Shown here: positions 26,466 to 39,540 of the stretch, piece after piece
How positions within the stretch are numbered: position 1 is the stretch's first letter
Layout: every line of letters starts with the position of its first letter
Source of the DNA: Macrostomum hystrix
Lineage: Eukaryota; Animalia; Platyhelminthes
Direction of reading: 5' to 3'
Length of the DNA stretch: 64,000 nucleotides
Assembly: GCA_950097015.1 (NCBI GenBank)
Contig: CATNEN010000038.1
Coordinates: 25,916,001 to 25,980,000, forward strand
Program-made: the position numbers and the translations under genes
Notes under the pieces: model-generated
Database searches by the model: none
What the model saw: only the letters and a program-made list of their open reading frames with translations
Told to the model about the DNA's origin: nothing

Positions 26466-29150
26466 AACAATCAAACTAATAGGATAACAATCGAACTGAT
26501 GGGATAACAATCAACCTGATGGGATAACAATCGAACTGATGGGATAACAATCAAACTGATGGGGCTAACAATCAAACTGATGGGATAACAACCAACCTGA
26601 TGGGATAACAATCAAACTGATGGGATAACAATCAACCTGATGGGATAACAATCGAACTGATGGGATAACAATCAAACTGATGGGGCTAACAATCAAACTG
26701 ATGGGATAACAATCAACCTGATGGGATAACAATCAAACTGATGGGATAACAATCGAACTGATGGGATCACAATCAACCTGATGGGATAACAATCAAACTG
26801 ATGGGATAACAATCGAACTGCAGGGATAACAATCAACCTGATGGGATAACAATCAAACTGATGGGATAACAATCGAACTGATGGGATAACAATCGAACTG
26901 CAGGGATAACAATCAACCTGATGGGATAACAATCAAACTGATGGGATAACAATCAAACTGATGGGATAACAATCAAACTGATGGGATAACAATCAAACTG
27001 ATGGGATAACAATCAAACTGAGGGGATAACAATCAAACTGATGGGATAACAATCAAACTGATGGGATAACAATCAAACTGATTGGATAACAATTAACCTG
27101 ATGGGATAACAATCAACCTGATGGGATAACAATCAAACTGATGGGATAACAATCAAACTGATTGGATAACAATCAACCTGATGGGATAACAATCAACCTG
27201 ATGGGATAACAATCGAACTGATGGGATAACAATCAAACTGATGGGGATAACAATCAAACTGATGGGATAACAATCAAACTGATGGGGATAACAATCAAAC
27301 TGATTGGATAACAATCAACCTGATGGGATAACAATCGAACTGATGGGATAACAATCGAACTGATGGGATAACAATCAAACTGATTGGATAACAATCAACC
27401 TGATGGGATAACAATCAAACTGATGGGGTAACAATCAACCTGATGGGATAACAATCGAACTGATGGGATAACAATCAACCTGATGGGATAACAATCAAAC
27501 TGATGGGGCTAACAATCAAACTGATGGGATAACAATCGAACTGATGGGATAACAATCGAACTGATGGGATAACAATCAACCTGATGGGATAACAATCAAA
27601 CTGATGGGATAACAATCAAACTGATGGGATAACAATCGAACTGATGGGATAACAATCAAACTGATGGGATAACAATCGAACTGATGGGATAACAATCAAC
27701 CTGATGGGATAACAATCAAACTGAGGGGATAGCAATCAAACTGAGGGGATAACAATCAAACTGAGGGGATAACAATCAAACTGATGGGATAACAATCAAC
27801 CTGATGGGATAACAATCAAACTGAGGGGATAACAATCAAACTGAGGGGAAAACAATCAAACTGATGGGATAACAATCAAACTGATGGGATAACAATCAAA
27901 CTGATGGGGTAACAATCGAACTGATGGGATAACAATCAAACTGATGGGATAACAATCGAACTGATGGGATAACAATCAAACTGATGGGGTAACAATCGAA
28001 CTGATGGGATAACAATCAAACTGATGGGAAAACAATCAAACTGATGGGATAACAATCGAACTGATGGGATAACAATCAAACTGATGGGATAACAATCGAA
28101 CTGCAGGGATAACAATCAACCTGATGGGATAACAATCGAACTGATGGGATAACAATCAAACTGATGGGATAACAATCAAACTGATGGGGTAACAATCGAA
28201 CTGATGGGATAACAATCAAACTGATGGGATAACAATCGAACTGATGGGATAACAATCAAACTGATGGGATAACAATCGAACTGATGGGATAACAATCAAA
28301 CTGATGGGATAACAATCGAACTGATGGGATAACAATCGAACTGATGGGATAACAATCAACCTGATGGGATAACAATCAAACTGAGGGGATAACAATCGAA
28401 CTGAGGGGATAACAATCAAACTGAGGGGAAAACAATCAAACTGATGGGATAACAATCAAACTGAGGGGATAACAATCAAACTGATGGGATAACAATCAAA
28501 CTGAGGGGATAACAATCAAACTGAGGGGAAAACAATCAAACTGATGGGATAACAATCAAACTGAGGGGATAACAATCAAACTGATGGGATAACAATCAAA
28601 TTGAGGGGATAACAATCAAACTGATGGGATAACAATCAACCTGATGGGATAACAATCAAACTGAGGGGATAACAATCAAACTGAGGGGAAAACAATCAAA
28701 CTGATGGGATAACAATCAAACTGAGGGGATAACAATCAAACTGAGGGGATAACAATCAAACTGAGGGGATAACAATCAAACTGAGGGGATAACAATCAAA
28801 CTGAGGGGAAAACAATCAAACTGAGGGGAAAACAATCAAACTGATGGGATAACAATCAAACTGAGGGGATAACAATCAAACTAATAGGATAACAATCAAA
28901 CTGAGGGGATAACAATCAAACTAATAGGATAACAATCAAACTGAGGGGATAACAGTCAAACTGAGGGGATAACAATCAAACTGAGGGGAAAACAATCAAA
29001 CTGATGGGATAACAATCAAACTGAGGGGATAACAATCAAACTGAGGGGAAAACAATCAAACTGATGGGATAACAATCAAAATGATGGGATAACAAACAGA
29101 GGGGATAACAGTCACACGGACGGGATAACAATCACACTGAGAGGAGATAA
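26466..29150 (+). repeat. 20-bp minisatellite AACAATCAAACTGATGGGAT (~130 copies)
   Basis: 2.7-kb array with positional variants. Confidence 0.97.
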
Positions 29151-29819
29151 CAACGAAATACACTTGTATATGGGATAACAAACGATTCGGATAGAGTTCA
29201 ACAGAAACTTGGCTACAAACGATTATTATAGGTAGGTAAACTAGCTTACAGTTTTCAGAAAATTCTTCAATAACTTACCGAGAACTCACGAAAAACTTAT
29301 AGAGTAAGGCGACTAAGTTATAAATATATATATTTCTATATCAAGTTTCTCTCGCCCTGCTTTGGCCAACCAGAAAATGAACCAGAGCGTCGCCGCAACC
29401 CAACCTCCAAAAACTGTAGATAGGGGGTAAGAGAATAAAGAACAGCTAATTCTTAGAACTAGACGTGTACACACTTAGCAAGTGTACACTGAAAAGTACA
29501 ATAATAGACTGCTTCTCTTCCAGCACGCTAACAGGGGTAAGTCACTTATTCACTGAATAGCTTACAACAGGCGAGAGCCATAATTAGAAAGGGACATGAG
29601 GACTGTAGCCTAACAGCATTTCTCATGCTTTAGCAAAAATACACAGTCACGATTCTACCCCATTCATATCCACTTATTCCAGCATGCCAGAGCCAATACT
29701 TAATCCATGCATCTTTCCTAGCAACTAGACTAACAAGATAGTCCATAACCATGACCATAGCAACTAGCATTTATTGAAAAGGGGCTCTATACATAATAAT
29801 GTACTTTATGTACCACTGC

Positions 29820-31530
29820 CATTCTAGCTGCGATTCTAGCTAAACTGTGTGTTTCTAGCTGCGATTCTAGCTAAACTGTGTGTTTCTAGCTGCGATTCTA
29901 GCTAAACTGTGTGTTTCTAGCTGCGATTCTAGCTAAACTGTGTGTTTCTAGCTGCGATTCTAGCTAAACTGTGTTTCTAGCTGCGATTCTAGCTAAAATG
30001 TGTTTCTAGCTGCGATTCTAGCTAAAATGTGTGTTTCTAGCAGCGATTCTAGCCAAACTGTGTGTTTCTAGTAGCGATTCTAGCTAAACTGTGTGTTTCT
30101 AGCTGCGATTCTAGCTAAACTGTGTGTTTCTAGTAGCGATTCTAGCTAAACTGTGTGTTTCTAGCTGCGATTCTAGCTAAACTGTGTGTTTCTAGCTGCG
30201 ATTCTAGCTAAAATGTGTGTTTCTAGCTGCGATTCTAGCTAAACTGTGTGTTTCTAGCTGCGATTCTAGCTAAACTGTGTGTTTCTAGCTGCGATTCTAG
30301 CTAAAATGTGTGTTTCTAGCTGCGATTCTAGCTAAACTGTGTGTTTCTAGCTGCGATTCTAGCTAAAATGTGTGTTTCTAGCTGCGATTCTAGCTAAACT
30401 GTGTGTTTCTAGCTGCGATTCTAGCTAAACTGTGTGTTTCTAGCTGCGATTCCAGCTAAACTGTGTGTTTCTAGCTGCGATTCTAGCTAAACCGTGTGTT
30501 TCTAGCTGCGATTCTAGCTAAACCGTGTGTTTCTAGCTGCGATTCTAGCTAAACTGTGTGTTTCTAGCTGCGATTCTAGCTAACCTGTGTGTTTCTAGCT
30601 GCGAATCTAGCTAAACTGTGTGTTTCTAGCTGCGATTCTAGCTAAACTGTGTGTTTCTAGCTGCGATTCTAGCAAAACTGTGTGTTTCTAGCTGCGATTC
30701 TAGCTAAACTGTGTGTTTCTAGCTGCGATTCTAGCTAAACTGTGTGTTTCTAGCTGCGATTCTAGCGAAACTGTGTGTTTCTAGCTGCGATTCTAGCTAA
30801 ACAGTGTTTCTAGCTGCGATTCAAGCTAAACTGTGTGTTTCTAGCTGCGATTCTAGCTAAACTGTCCTTCTAGCTGCGATTCTAGCTAAACTGTATGTTT
30901 CTAGCTGCGATTCTAGCTAAACTGTGTGTTTCTAGCTGCGATTCTAGCTAAACTGTCCTTATAGCTGCGATTCTAGCTAAACTGTGTGTTTCTAGCTGCG
31001 ATTCTAGCTAAACTGTGTGTTTCTAGCTGCGATTCTAGCTAAACTGTCCTTCTAGCTGCGATTCTAGCTAAACTGTATGTTTCTAGCTGCGATTCTAGCT
31101 AAACTGTGTGTTTCTAGCTGCGATTCTAGCTAAACTGCGTTTCTAGCTGCGATTCTAGCGAAACTGTGTGTTTCTAGCTGCGATTCTAGCTAAACCGTGT
31201 GTTTCTAGCTGCGATTCTAGCTAAACTGTGTGTTTCTTGCTGCGATTCTAGCTAAACTGTGTGTTTCTAGCTGCGATTCTAGCTAAACTGTGTGTTTTTA
31301 GCTGCGATTCTAGCTAAACAGTGTTTCTAGCTGCGATTCTAGCTAAACCGTGTGTTTCTAGCTGCGATTCTAGCTAAACTGTGTGTTTTTAGCTGCGATT
31401 CTAGCTAAACTGTGTGTTTTTAGCTGCGATTCTAGCTAAACAGTGTTTCTAGCTGCGATTCTAGCTAAACTGTGTGTTTCTAGCTGCGATTCTAGCTAAA
31501 CTGTGTGTTTTTAGCTGCGATTCTAGCCGT
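29820..31530 (+). repeat. 31-bp minisatellite TTCTAGCTGCGATTCTAGCTAAACTGTGTGT (~55 copies, some 29-bp units)
   Basis: 1.7-kb array followed by degenerate 24-bp units to ~31650. Confidence 0.97.
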
Positions 31531-32560
31531 GCTTCTAGAATCCTAAAATACGGTTCCTTCTTCGATTCTAGCTATGGCTCCTTCTTCGATTCTAGCTATG
31601 GTTCCTGCTTCCATTTTAGCTACGATTCCTGCTTCGATTCTAGCGACGATTTTTGTGCTTTTTTCGATGGTAGTTAATCTGTGTATTAAGCTGCTAAATA
31701 TTTTTATTCAAATCATGAACAATACATATTTTAAAAGGAATTAAAACAAAAAATCAATTAAAAGGTAAAATAAGCGATAAACCAAAATGTTTATTTACTT
31801 CTTATTTTCTAACGCAGTTGAAAAAATGATTGAAAATAAAGCTAGTTTTTTGTTTCACAAATTGCATTGGACAATTAAAAAACAACGTTAAACAACCACG
31901 ACCTTAACTGATAAAAATAAAAAGGTAAATAATTATCTTGTTGCTAGGGGAATCTGATACTCCAAACTGGAAGTGGTAAACACTGGTTATAAAAGCACAT
32001 AGTATTGCAAATGTTGGTGGAGATAATAGGCATTTGAGAAGTAACACACCTGAGGCAATCAATTAAATTTCTGGCTAGTAAAATACAAAAATACCAACCT
32101 AAACGACTTTGAAAACAATTCTTAGATTTCTAGAAAGAACAATTAAAAGAATGACTACTTTATTTGAATAAAACTAGATCTATAATAAGCTCAATTTGTA
32201 GTAACTGAACCTTGTGATAAAATTAGACACAATACTAAACAGGATTTGTTTTACTAAATGGATTTGTGTAAGACAGATAGCAGTTAAAATAAAAATTAAT
32301 TTTCGTAGGGACTAGACTGAAAGCTATCTAGCGCAAAAAATTGTAAAAACAGCGTGTTTTGTGTAAAAGTATTCCGCAAATAATTGATGATAAAACTATG
32401 AGAAATATGGCGCGTGTATACTTACAAAAATATGACGCAAGATAAACTCTATCTAGATTGATGCGACTGCAACACAACACTCAAATATTTACTAGCCGAT
32501 AGTTTTTGTTTTGTAAATTGCTCAAAGCTTTCATTCTGTCAAGAATATTTTGTCTGGTGA

Positions 32561-33592
32561 ATCCTCACACTACTGTCAGGTGTATCCTGACGATTCTGTC
32601 AGGTGTATCCTGACGATTCTGTCAGGTGTATCCTCACGATTCTGTCAGGTGTATCCTGACGATTCTGTCAGGTGTATCCTGACGATTCTGTCAGGTGTAT
32701 CCTGACGATTCTGTCAGGTGTATCCTGACGATTCTGTCAGGTGTATCCTGACGATTCTGTCAGGTGTATCCTGACGATTCTGTCAGGTGTATTCCGAAGA
32801 TTCTGTCAGGTGTATCCCAAAGATTCTGTCAGGTGTATTCCGAAGATTCTGTCAGGTGTATCCCAAAGATTCTGTCAGGTGTATCCCAAAGATTCTGTCA
32901 GGTGTATCCCGTAGATTCTGTCAGATGTATCCCGTAGATTCTGTCAGGTGTATCCCAAAGATTCTGTCAGGTGTATCCCGTAGATTCTGTCAGATGTATT
33001 CCGTAGATTCTGTCAGGTGTATCCCAAAGATTCTGTCAGGTGTATCCCGTAGATTCTGTCAGATGTATCCCGTAGATTCTGTCAGGTGTATCCCAAAGAT
33101 TCTGTCAGGTGTATCCCGTAGATTCTGTCAGGTGTATCCTGACGATTCTGTCAGGTGTATTGCGAAGATTCTGTCAGGTGTATTTCGAAGATTCTGTCAG
33201 GTGTATCCCGTAGATTCTGTCAGGTGTATTGCGAAGATTCTGTCAGATGTATCCCGTAGATTCTGTCAGATGTATCCCGTAGATTATGTCAGGTGTATCC
33301 CAAAGATTCTGTCAGGTGTATCCCGTAGATTCTGTCAGATGTATCCCGTAGATTCTGTCAGGTGTATCGCAAAGATTCTGTCAGGTGTATCCCGTAGATT
33401 CTGTCAGATGTATCCCGTAGATTCTGTCAGGTGTATCCCAAAGATTCTGTCAGGTGTATCCCGTAGATTCTGTCAGGTGTATCCCAAAGATTCTGTCAGG
33501 TGTATTCCGAAGAGTCTGTCAGGTGTATCCCAAAGATTCTGTCAGGTGTATTCCGAAGATTCTGTCAGGTGTATCCTGAGGATTCTGTCAGG
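32561..33592 (+). repeat. 23-bp minisatellite GATTCTGTCAGGTGTAT+variable hexamer, copy 1
   Basis: About 44 units, starting ATCCTCACACTACTGTCAGG. Confidence 0.96.
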
Positions 33593-33813
33593 CTTATGTT
33601 GATTCGAACATGTGTCAGGGGTTTAGGACGATCGGGTGTGTATCAAATGTGTTCCGTGAGAGAGTTTGATATTCAACTCGCTACTGTCAAGTAGTAAGAG
33701 AAGAAGAAAAAGCGATTCATTTACGAAAAAGAAGAAGTATACAACGATGAAAACGACATCAATGCAAATGTTTGTTAATTATTATTTTCCTGGTTTTTCT
33801 TCGGCTTCATACC

Positions 33814-36800
33814 TCAAAGCAATGTCTCATTGTCGTCCGAACTTGGCTGCCTGCGAGCCGGCTGCCCTGATGACTCAGGAGCTGGCTGCTGCTGCTGCTG
33901 CTGGCCGTGATGGCCGTTGCCATTGGTAGGCGGAATCAGGATGTGCCTAGTTGAACGAGCACCGCAAGCTCGGCACTCTTTGCGAATGCGGGCCTGAGAT
34001 AGATCGGCGCCAACCATTTTGGTTTGTACTCCGCGGCTCTGCTGCTGCTGCTGCTGCTGCTGGCCGCTAACAGCTGCTGCTGCTGCTGCTGCTGCTGCTG
34101 AGGATCCAGTCGCTGTCGGATGAGGCTGGGTTGATATTGAGATTGAAGAGCTAGCAGCCGTAGGCGGTCTGGAAATATAGGATCGAGTAGATATGCAGGT
34201 GAAAAAAAAAGAAAATAGGAAAACAGAAATAAGGAAGTAGGGAAAGGGAAGTTGGGAAAGGGAAGTTGGGAAAGGGAAGTAGGGAAAGGGAAGTTGGGAA
34301 ATGGAAGTAGGGAAAGGGAAGTAGGGAAAGGGAAGTTGGGAAAGGGAAGTTGGGAAAGGGAAGTAGGGAAAGGGAAGTTGGGAAAGGGAAGTTGGGAAAG
34401 GGAAGTAGGGAAAGGGAAGTTGGGAAAGGGAAGTTGGGAAAGGGAAGTAGGGAAAGGGAAGTTGGGAAAGGGAAGTTGGGAAAGGGAAGTGGGGAAAGGG
34501 AAGTTGGGAAAGGGAAGTAGGGAAAGGGAAGTTGGGAAAGGGAAGTTGGGAAAACAGGAAGTAGGGAAACGAGAAGGGCTAGTTGTAAAGCAATAGAATG
34601 GGAATTGGAAGTATCAGGGAGAAACGAAATAAGTAAGAGATAATTGGAGAAAGTTAGGGAAACTTTCAATTAAAAAGTGTGCCCTAAAACTCTACAGCCA
34701 ACACAGAAACGAGAAATTCTCACTAGAAAACGAGTGAGAATTGAGAATTTAGTCTTTAATTTAAAAAAGCAGCAAATGATCACAGACTGCTGAGAAAGCA
34801 GAGAAAAATACAAGTGTGTTTTTTCTACTTTGAACTACTACAAAACTAAAAGACACAAAGACAGAGAATGAGACTGAGAGACTGAGACTGAGACTGAGAC
34901 TGAGACTGAGAGAAAATAAGACTCTGAACCAACCTGGGCCTCTCAGCAGTGGAATGGTACAGAGCATTCTTATAGATGTACTCAATCACGGGATCTGGCA
35001 GTAGGTAGCGGACGCTCTCCCGTCGGCGAAGCGCGCGACGAACGAAAGCTGAGCTGAGCTGGTTGACGGTCCACTCGGTGACGAGGGCGATGTTTTGCTG
35101 AGAAATTGAGCGAAGAATAATAGATAAGATAATGATTACACCTGCCCCAATTAGGCCTGCAACTGAAGTCTGCGTACGGCTGTTCAGTCCATGGACTGGG
35201 GGAGCTGGTACCCATTTAGCAGCTGCGAGAACTGAAGCAATGCAGAAGTCGGGAATCGAACCACCGACCTTTAAGTTGTGAGTCCGACGCTCTAACCGCC
35301 AGGCTACAACCCCCTGTTGGGTCTTTGTCTACTGTTAATTTTAAGCAGATACAAAAAACTAAATTAATAAGCAATCTCACCTCGTAGGTGTTTAACAGAT
35401 CGTTCTCAAAGATAATCTGCTGCGGGTTGCAACTAGGCTTAGTGATGACTATCAGTCCGTAGTCGCGAAGAATTTTCACCAGCTAGAGAGTAAACAATAA
35501 AAATGTTTTATTTTAATACAAGAAATCTAAATTTTTTATATATTGAGAATATTAAGTAGCACTACAGATTAGGGCAGTAATGAGCACTTGGGATAATGAC
35601 CAAATCTGGCACACAAGATGATCATCAGTTTGGGATAATGACCAAATCTGGCACACAAAATGATCATCAGAGTAGGATGATGACCAAATGTCACAGAATG
35701 ATTATCAGAGTACGAGTAAGGTGCTAACTAAATCTACTGAAGAGCTAAAAACTGAGACTGTTAAAATGATGAATTTATTTTTCTCACATCGTCAGCAGAC
35801 CAGAGTCCTGGCACAGCAAATGATTTCAGCATATCCGAGCCGCACAACAGCATAGGATGAGCAACGGTCAGTGGATCTTTCTGGCGCAATCGACGTATTA
35901 AACCGGTGAGCCAGCGATAGTCGTCGGTATCTAAATTTCGTTTTTTAACATATATTAAAAGGATTCCCGCTGCGATTCTAGCTATGACTCTAGATGCGGA
36001 TCTAGCTTAGAATTATGCCACGATTCTAGCTGCGATTCCCGCTGCGGTTCTAGCTGCGATTCCCGCTGCGATTCTAGCTATGACTCTAGATGCGGATCTA
36101 ACTTAGAATTATGCCACGACTCTAGCTGCGATTCCCGCTGCGATTCTAGCTATGACTCTAGATGCGGATCTAGCTTAGAATTATGCCACGATTCTAGCTG
36201 CGATTCCCGCTGCGGTTCTAGCTGCGATTCCCGCTGCGATTCTAGCTATGACTCTAGATGCGGATCTAACTTAGAACTATGCCACGACTCTAGCTGCGAT
36301 TCCCGCTGCGATTCTAGCTATGACTCTAGATGCGGATCTAACTTAGAATTATGCCATGATTCTAGCTGCGATTCCCGCTGCGATTCTAGCTATGACTCTA
36401 GATGCGGATCTAGCTTAGAATTATGCCACGATTCTAGCTGCGATTCCCGCTGCGGTTCTAGCTGCGATTCCCGCTGCGATTCTAGCTATGACTCTAGATG
36501 CGGATCTAACTTAGAATTATGCCACGACTCTAGCTGCGATTCCCGCTGCGATTCTAGCTATGACTCTAGATGCGGATCTAACTTAGAATTATGCCATGAT
36601 TCTAGCTGCGATTCCCGCTGCGATTCTAGCTATGACTCTAGATGCGGATCTAACTTAGAATTATGCCACGATTCTAGCTGCGATTCCCGCTGCGGTTCTA
36701 GCTGCGATTCCCGCTGCGATTCTAGCTATGACTCTAGACGCGGATCTAACTAAGAATTATGCCATGATTCTAGCTGCGATTCCCGCTGCGATTCTAGCTA

Positions 36801-37448
36801 TGACTCTAGATGCGGATCTAACTAAGAATTATGCCACGATTCCAGCTACTTATTATAATTGTTACGAAATGTTGTAATCGCGCCCAAGATCTACCATAGA
36901 CATTCATTTTTAAACGGTTAAACTTTCTGTCACGTGACATTTTGTCATAGCCCATAAGAAACTACCAACACTATAACCGGCAATCGCTATGAAATCATCT
37001 AACCTGGAGCAGACGGAGAGCCGGCAGCAGTGGTGGCAGCTCCGGACTGTTCAGCAGGTGCGGTCGAATCAGCAGCCGTCAGGCCGCCGTCCATCACAGC
37101 CTGGTAGTGATCCAGCACCCGCCTAGTTGGCAGCCATTGGGTCTGGCCGGCTTCCCAGCAGGCCAAGCGGACCCATGCGCCAGGAGCCTCGCGACTCGGC
37201 GGCTGCAGAGCCAATCGGATCATTTCCAATCGATGATAAGCCGTGGCGAGGCCGTCCAATTGGGCGACAGACGCGTAGGCATCGGCTACTGGCGAAACCA
37301 AGCCGCCGAGGACGCGAAATCTTCCAGTGCGTGTCAGAGCGTCTCTGGCTAATTCAAACATGCGCAGATGCATATTAGTGACGGGATTGTAGGAGCCGCA
37401 TGCCACTAATAGTACATTGTGTACTGGCAAATCTCCACCACCAGTCAT
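33814..37448 (-). CDS. NMNAT: Nicotinamide/nicotinate mononucleotide adenylyltransferase (~402 aa). Exons 37448-37004, 35930-35788, 35482-35381, 35097-34934 and 34168-33814
   Basis: ACGSYNPVTNMHLRMFELARD, LLCGSDMLKSFAVPGLW, ILRDYGLIVIT and SSAFVRRALRRRESVRYLLPDPVIEYIYKNALY match eukaryotic NMNAT. All four GT-AG introns are phase-consistent (1,209 nt). Confidence 0.93.
34232..34570 (+). repeat. 14-bp G-rich minisatellite GGGAAAGGGAAGT(T/A) in an NMNAT intron
   Basis: About 23 units, with a 42-bp (T,T,A) higher-order pattern. Confidence 0.95.
34870..34912 (+). repeat. (GAGACT)n microsatellite
   Basis: About 6 copies. Confidence 0.85.
35130..35315 (-). mobile_element. SINE family B copy with intact tRNA-like head (NMNAT intron)
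   Basis: Reverse complement GGGGTTGTAGCCTGGCGGTTAGAGCGTCGGACTCACAAC...GGTTCGATTCCC, then AGTCCATGGACTGAACAGCCGTACGCAG. Confidence 0.85.
35962..36847 (+). repeat. 72/96-bp minisatellite built of 12-bp subunits (ATTCTAGCTGCG-like), with a 240-bp higher-order unit; NMNAT intron 1
   Basis: attcccgctgcg recurs at 72,72,24,72,72,72,24... spacing. Confidence 0.95.
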
Positions 37449-38826
37449 TTACTAGAGTCGAAACTTTCCAGCAGACTTTTAAATAAAATGTAAAACTAAT
37501 GATTCAACTGATTAGTTAACCCTGACGTCTCCTGAAATTGAATGGAATAAAACAATGAACACTAAATAAAAATTGGGTTTCAGTAAAAAATTAGTATATT
37601 GGACTAGAAAGTTTTGCCCCCACTTTGGGGGCTCGCTAGTCTAATAGAGGAACTCAATCAGAAAATTCGCCCTTAGCTATTGCTTAAATAACTAACTAAA
37701 TAAATAATAACTAATACCCAATAATACCCACTTCAAAAGTTGGCCATCTCTGCCAAAACTGCCATAACTATTCTCCCGCTAGATATAAAATTTGGCAAAA
37801 TTTCCCCTTTGACCACAATTCTCCTCACACTTCTCCTTTAAGCTGTCAATTTAGCTTAATTTGGTTTAATTTTAAGCTCTTCTATTAAGCTAAACAACTT
37901 TACAATGTCATTTGGTAAATCCTATAAAGTAGTCTTTTTTATGCCAGCAGCTTAGTGATTAACTTATTGTGGATTGCCAATAAAAAATTTAAACATTTAC
38001 TGATAAGTGATAACTTATACAAGTTTAGCAATAACATACATTTGTAAACTTATAAGTAGCTTAAACTACACAAAATTACCATGCAGTTTTTTAGGATAAG
38101 CCTTGCAATAATAGTTTTGTGATGATCATTCTGAACTAAGCTTTCTAAATGATTCATAATCTGATAGCAGCTTAGTCATAGTTACAAAGCACAATGAGAT
38201 CAGCTAAGCCAGAATAATCACATAATCTGCTTAGCCATAATCTAATATAATCATAGCTATAATAATACTCTTAAATAAGCATAGTGACATGACAAGTTAG
38301 CTATATTAGCTATCTTTCCTCAGCATCAAACAAACAATGCTAAGCTTGCTATATTTTTATTCAGCTCTGAAATGAATGCTTAGCTATAATTATTTAATTT
38401 GGCTTTCATAATTTTAAAAAGCTACATTTGAAAAATCCTTGAAAGCTGAGCATAATTTAGATAAAAAACATAGGAATATAATTTAAAACGAATCAAATTA
38501 TTTCTTATTGGCTGGTTCCATCAATGATTCAAGCTTAAATCAAATTATATATTTTGCCTAGCTATGTTGCAAGCCCCTAGGCCTAATTACAAATCACACA
38601 CAACCTAACAGCATGGACTTTCTGGATATTAATGAGGGCTGGCAAAACTGCTTTGTAATATCATTGTAAAAAAACAGATTGGAATTGAGTTCTACGCTAA
38701 TTACTTCTCTAAGTCTAAGTCAATATGCTAGAGACAGATTAAGTAACAAAGAAAGATTAATAATCATATAAAATAAAATGGGTAGATTACAAACTAAGAA
38801 GAAAGGAAATTTCAGAATTAGGCCTT

Positions 38827-39540
38827 ATCCTCACACTACTGTCAGGTGTATCCTGACGATTCTGTCAGGTGTATCCTGACGATTCTGTCAGGTGTATCCC
38901 GATGATTCTGTCAGGTGTATCCTGATGATTCTGTCAGGTGTATCCCGTAGATTCTGTCAGGTGTATTCTGAAGATTCTGTCAGGTGTATCCCGTAGATTC
39001 TGTCAGGTGTATCCTGACGATTCTGTCAGGTGTATCCTGACGATTCTGTCAGGTGTATTTCCAAGATTCTGTCAGGTGTATCCCGTAGATTCTGTCAGGT
39101 GTATCCCGTAGATTCTGTCAGGTGTATCCTGACGATTCTGTCAGGTGTATCCTGACGATTCTGTCAGGTGTATTTCGAAGATTCTGTCAGGTGTATCCCG
39201 TAGATTCTGTCAGGTGTATCCTGACGATTCTGTCAGGTGTATCCCGTAGATTCTGTCAGATGTATCCCGTAGATTCTGTCAGGTGTATCCCGTAGATTCT
39301 GTCAGGTGTATCCCGTAGATTCTGTCAGATGTATCCCGTAGATTCTGTCAGGTGTATCCCAAAGATTCTGTCAGGTGTATCCCGTAGATTCTGTCTGATG
39401 TATCCCGTAGATTCTGTCAGGTGTATCCCAAAGATTCTGTCAGGTGTATCCCATAGATTCTGTCAGATGTATCCCGTAGATTCTGTCAGGTGTATTCCAA
39501 AGATTCTGTCAGGTGTATCCCAAAGATTCTGTCAGGTGTA
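38827..39540 (+). repeat. 23-bp minisatellite copy 2, flanked by a 14-bp direct repeat ATTAGGCCTTATCC
   Basis: Same unit and same start sequence as 32561-33592; direct repeat at 38817-38830 and 39540-39553. Confidence 0.95.

Noticed and set aside
32561-33592. CRISPR-like appearance (constant 17-mer plus variable 6-mer)
   Set aside because: The variable parts are only 6 nt and are reused; there are no cas genes and the context is eukaryotic. It is a minisatellite.
35240-35315. tRNA genes at the SINE heads (also ~62705, 62060-62130, 52750 and 46060-46125)
   Set aside because: A and B boxes are present, but there is no complete cloverleaf or acceptor stem and most continue into a shared SINE body.
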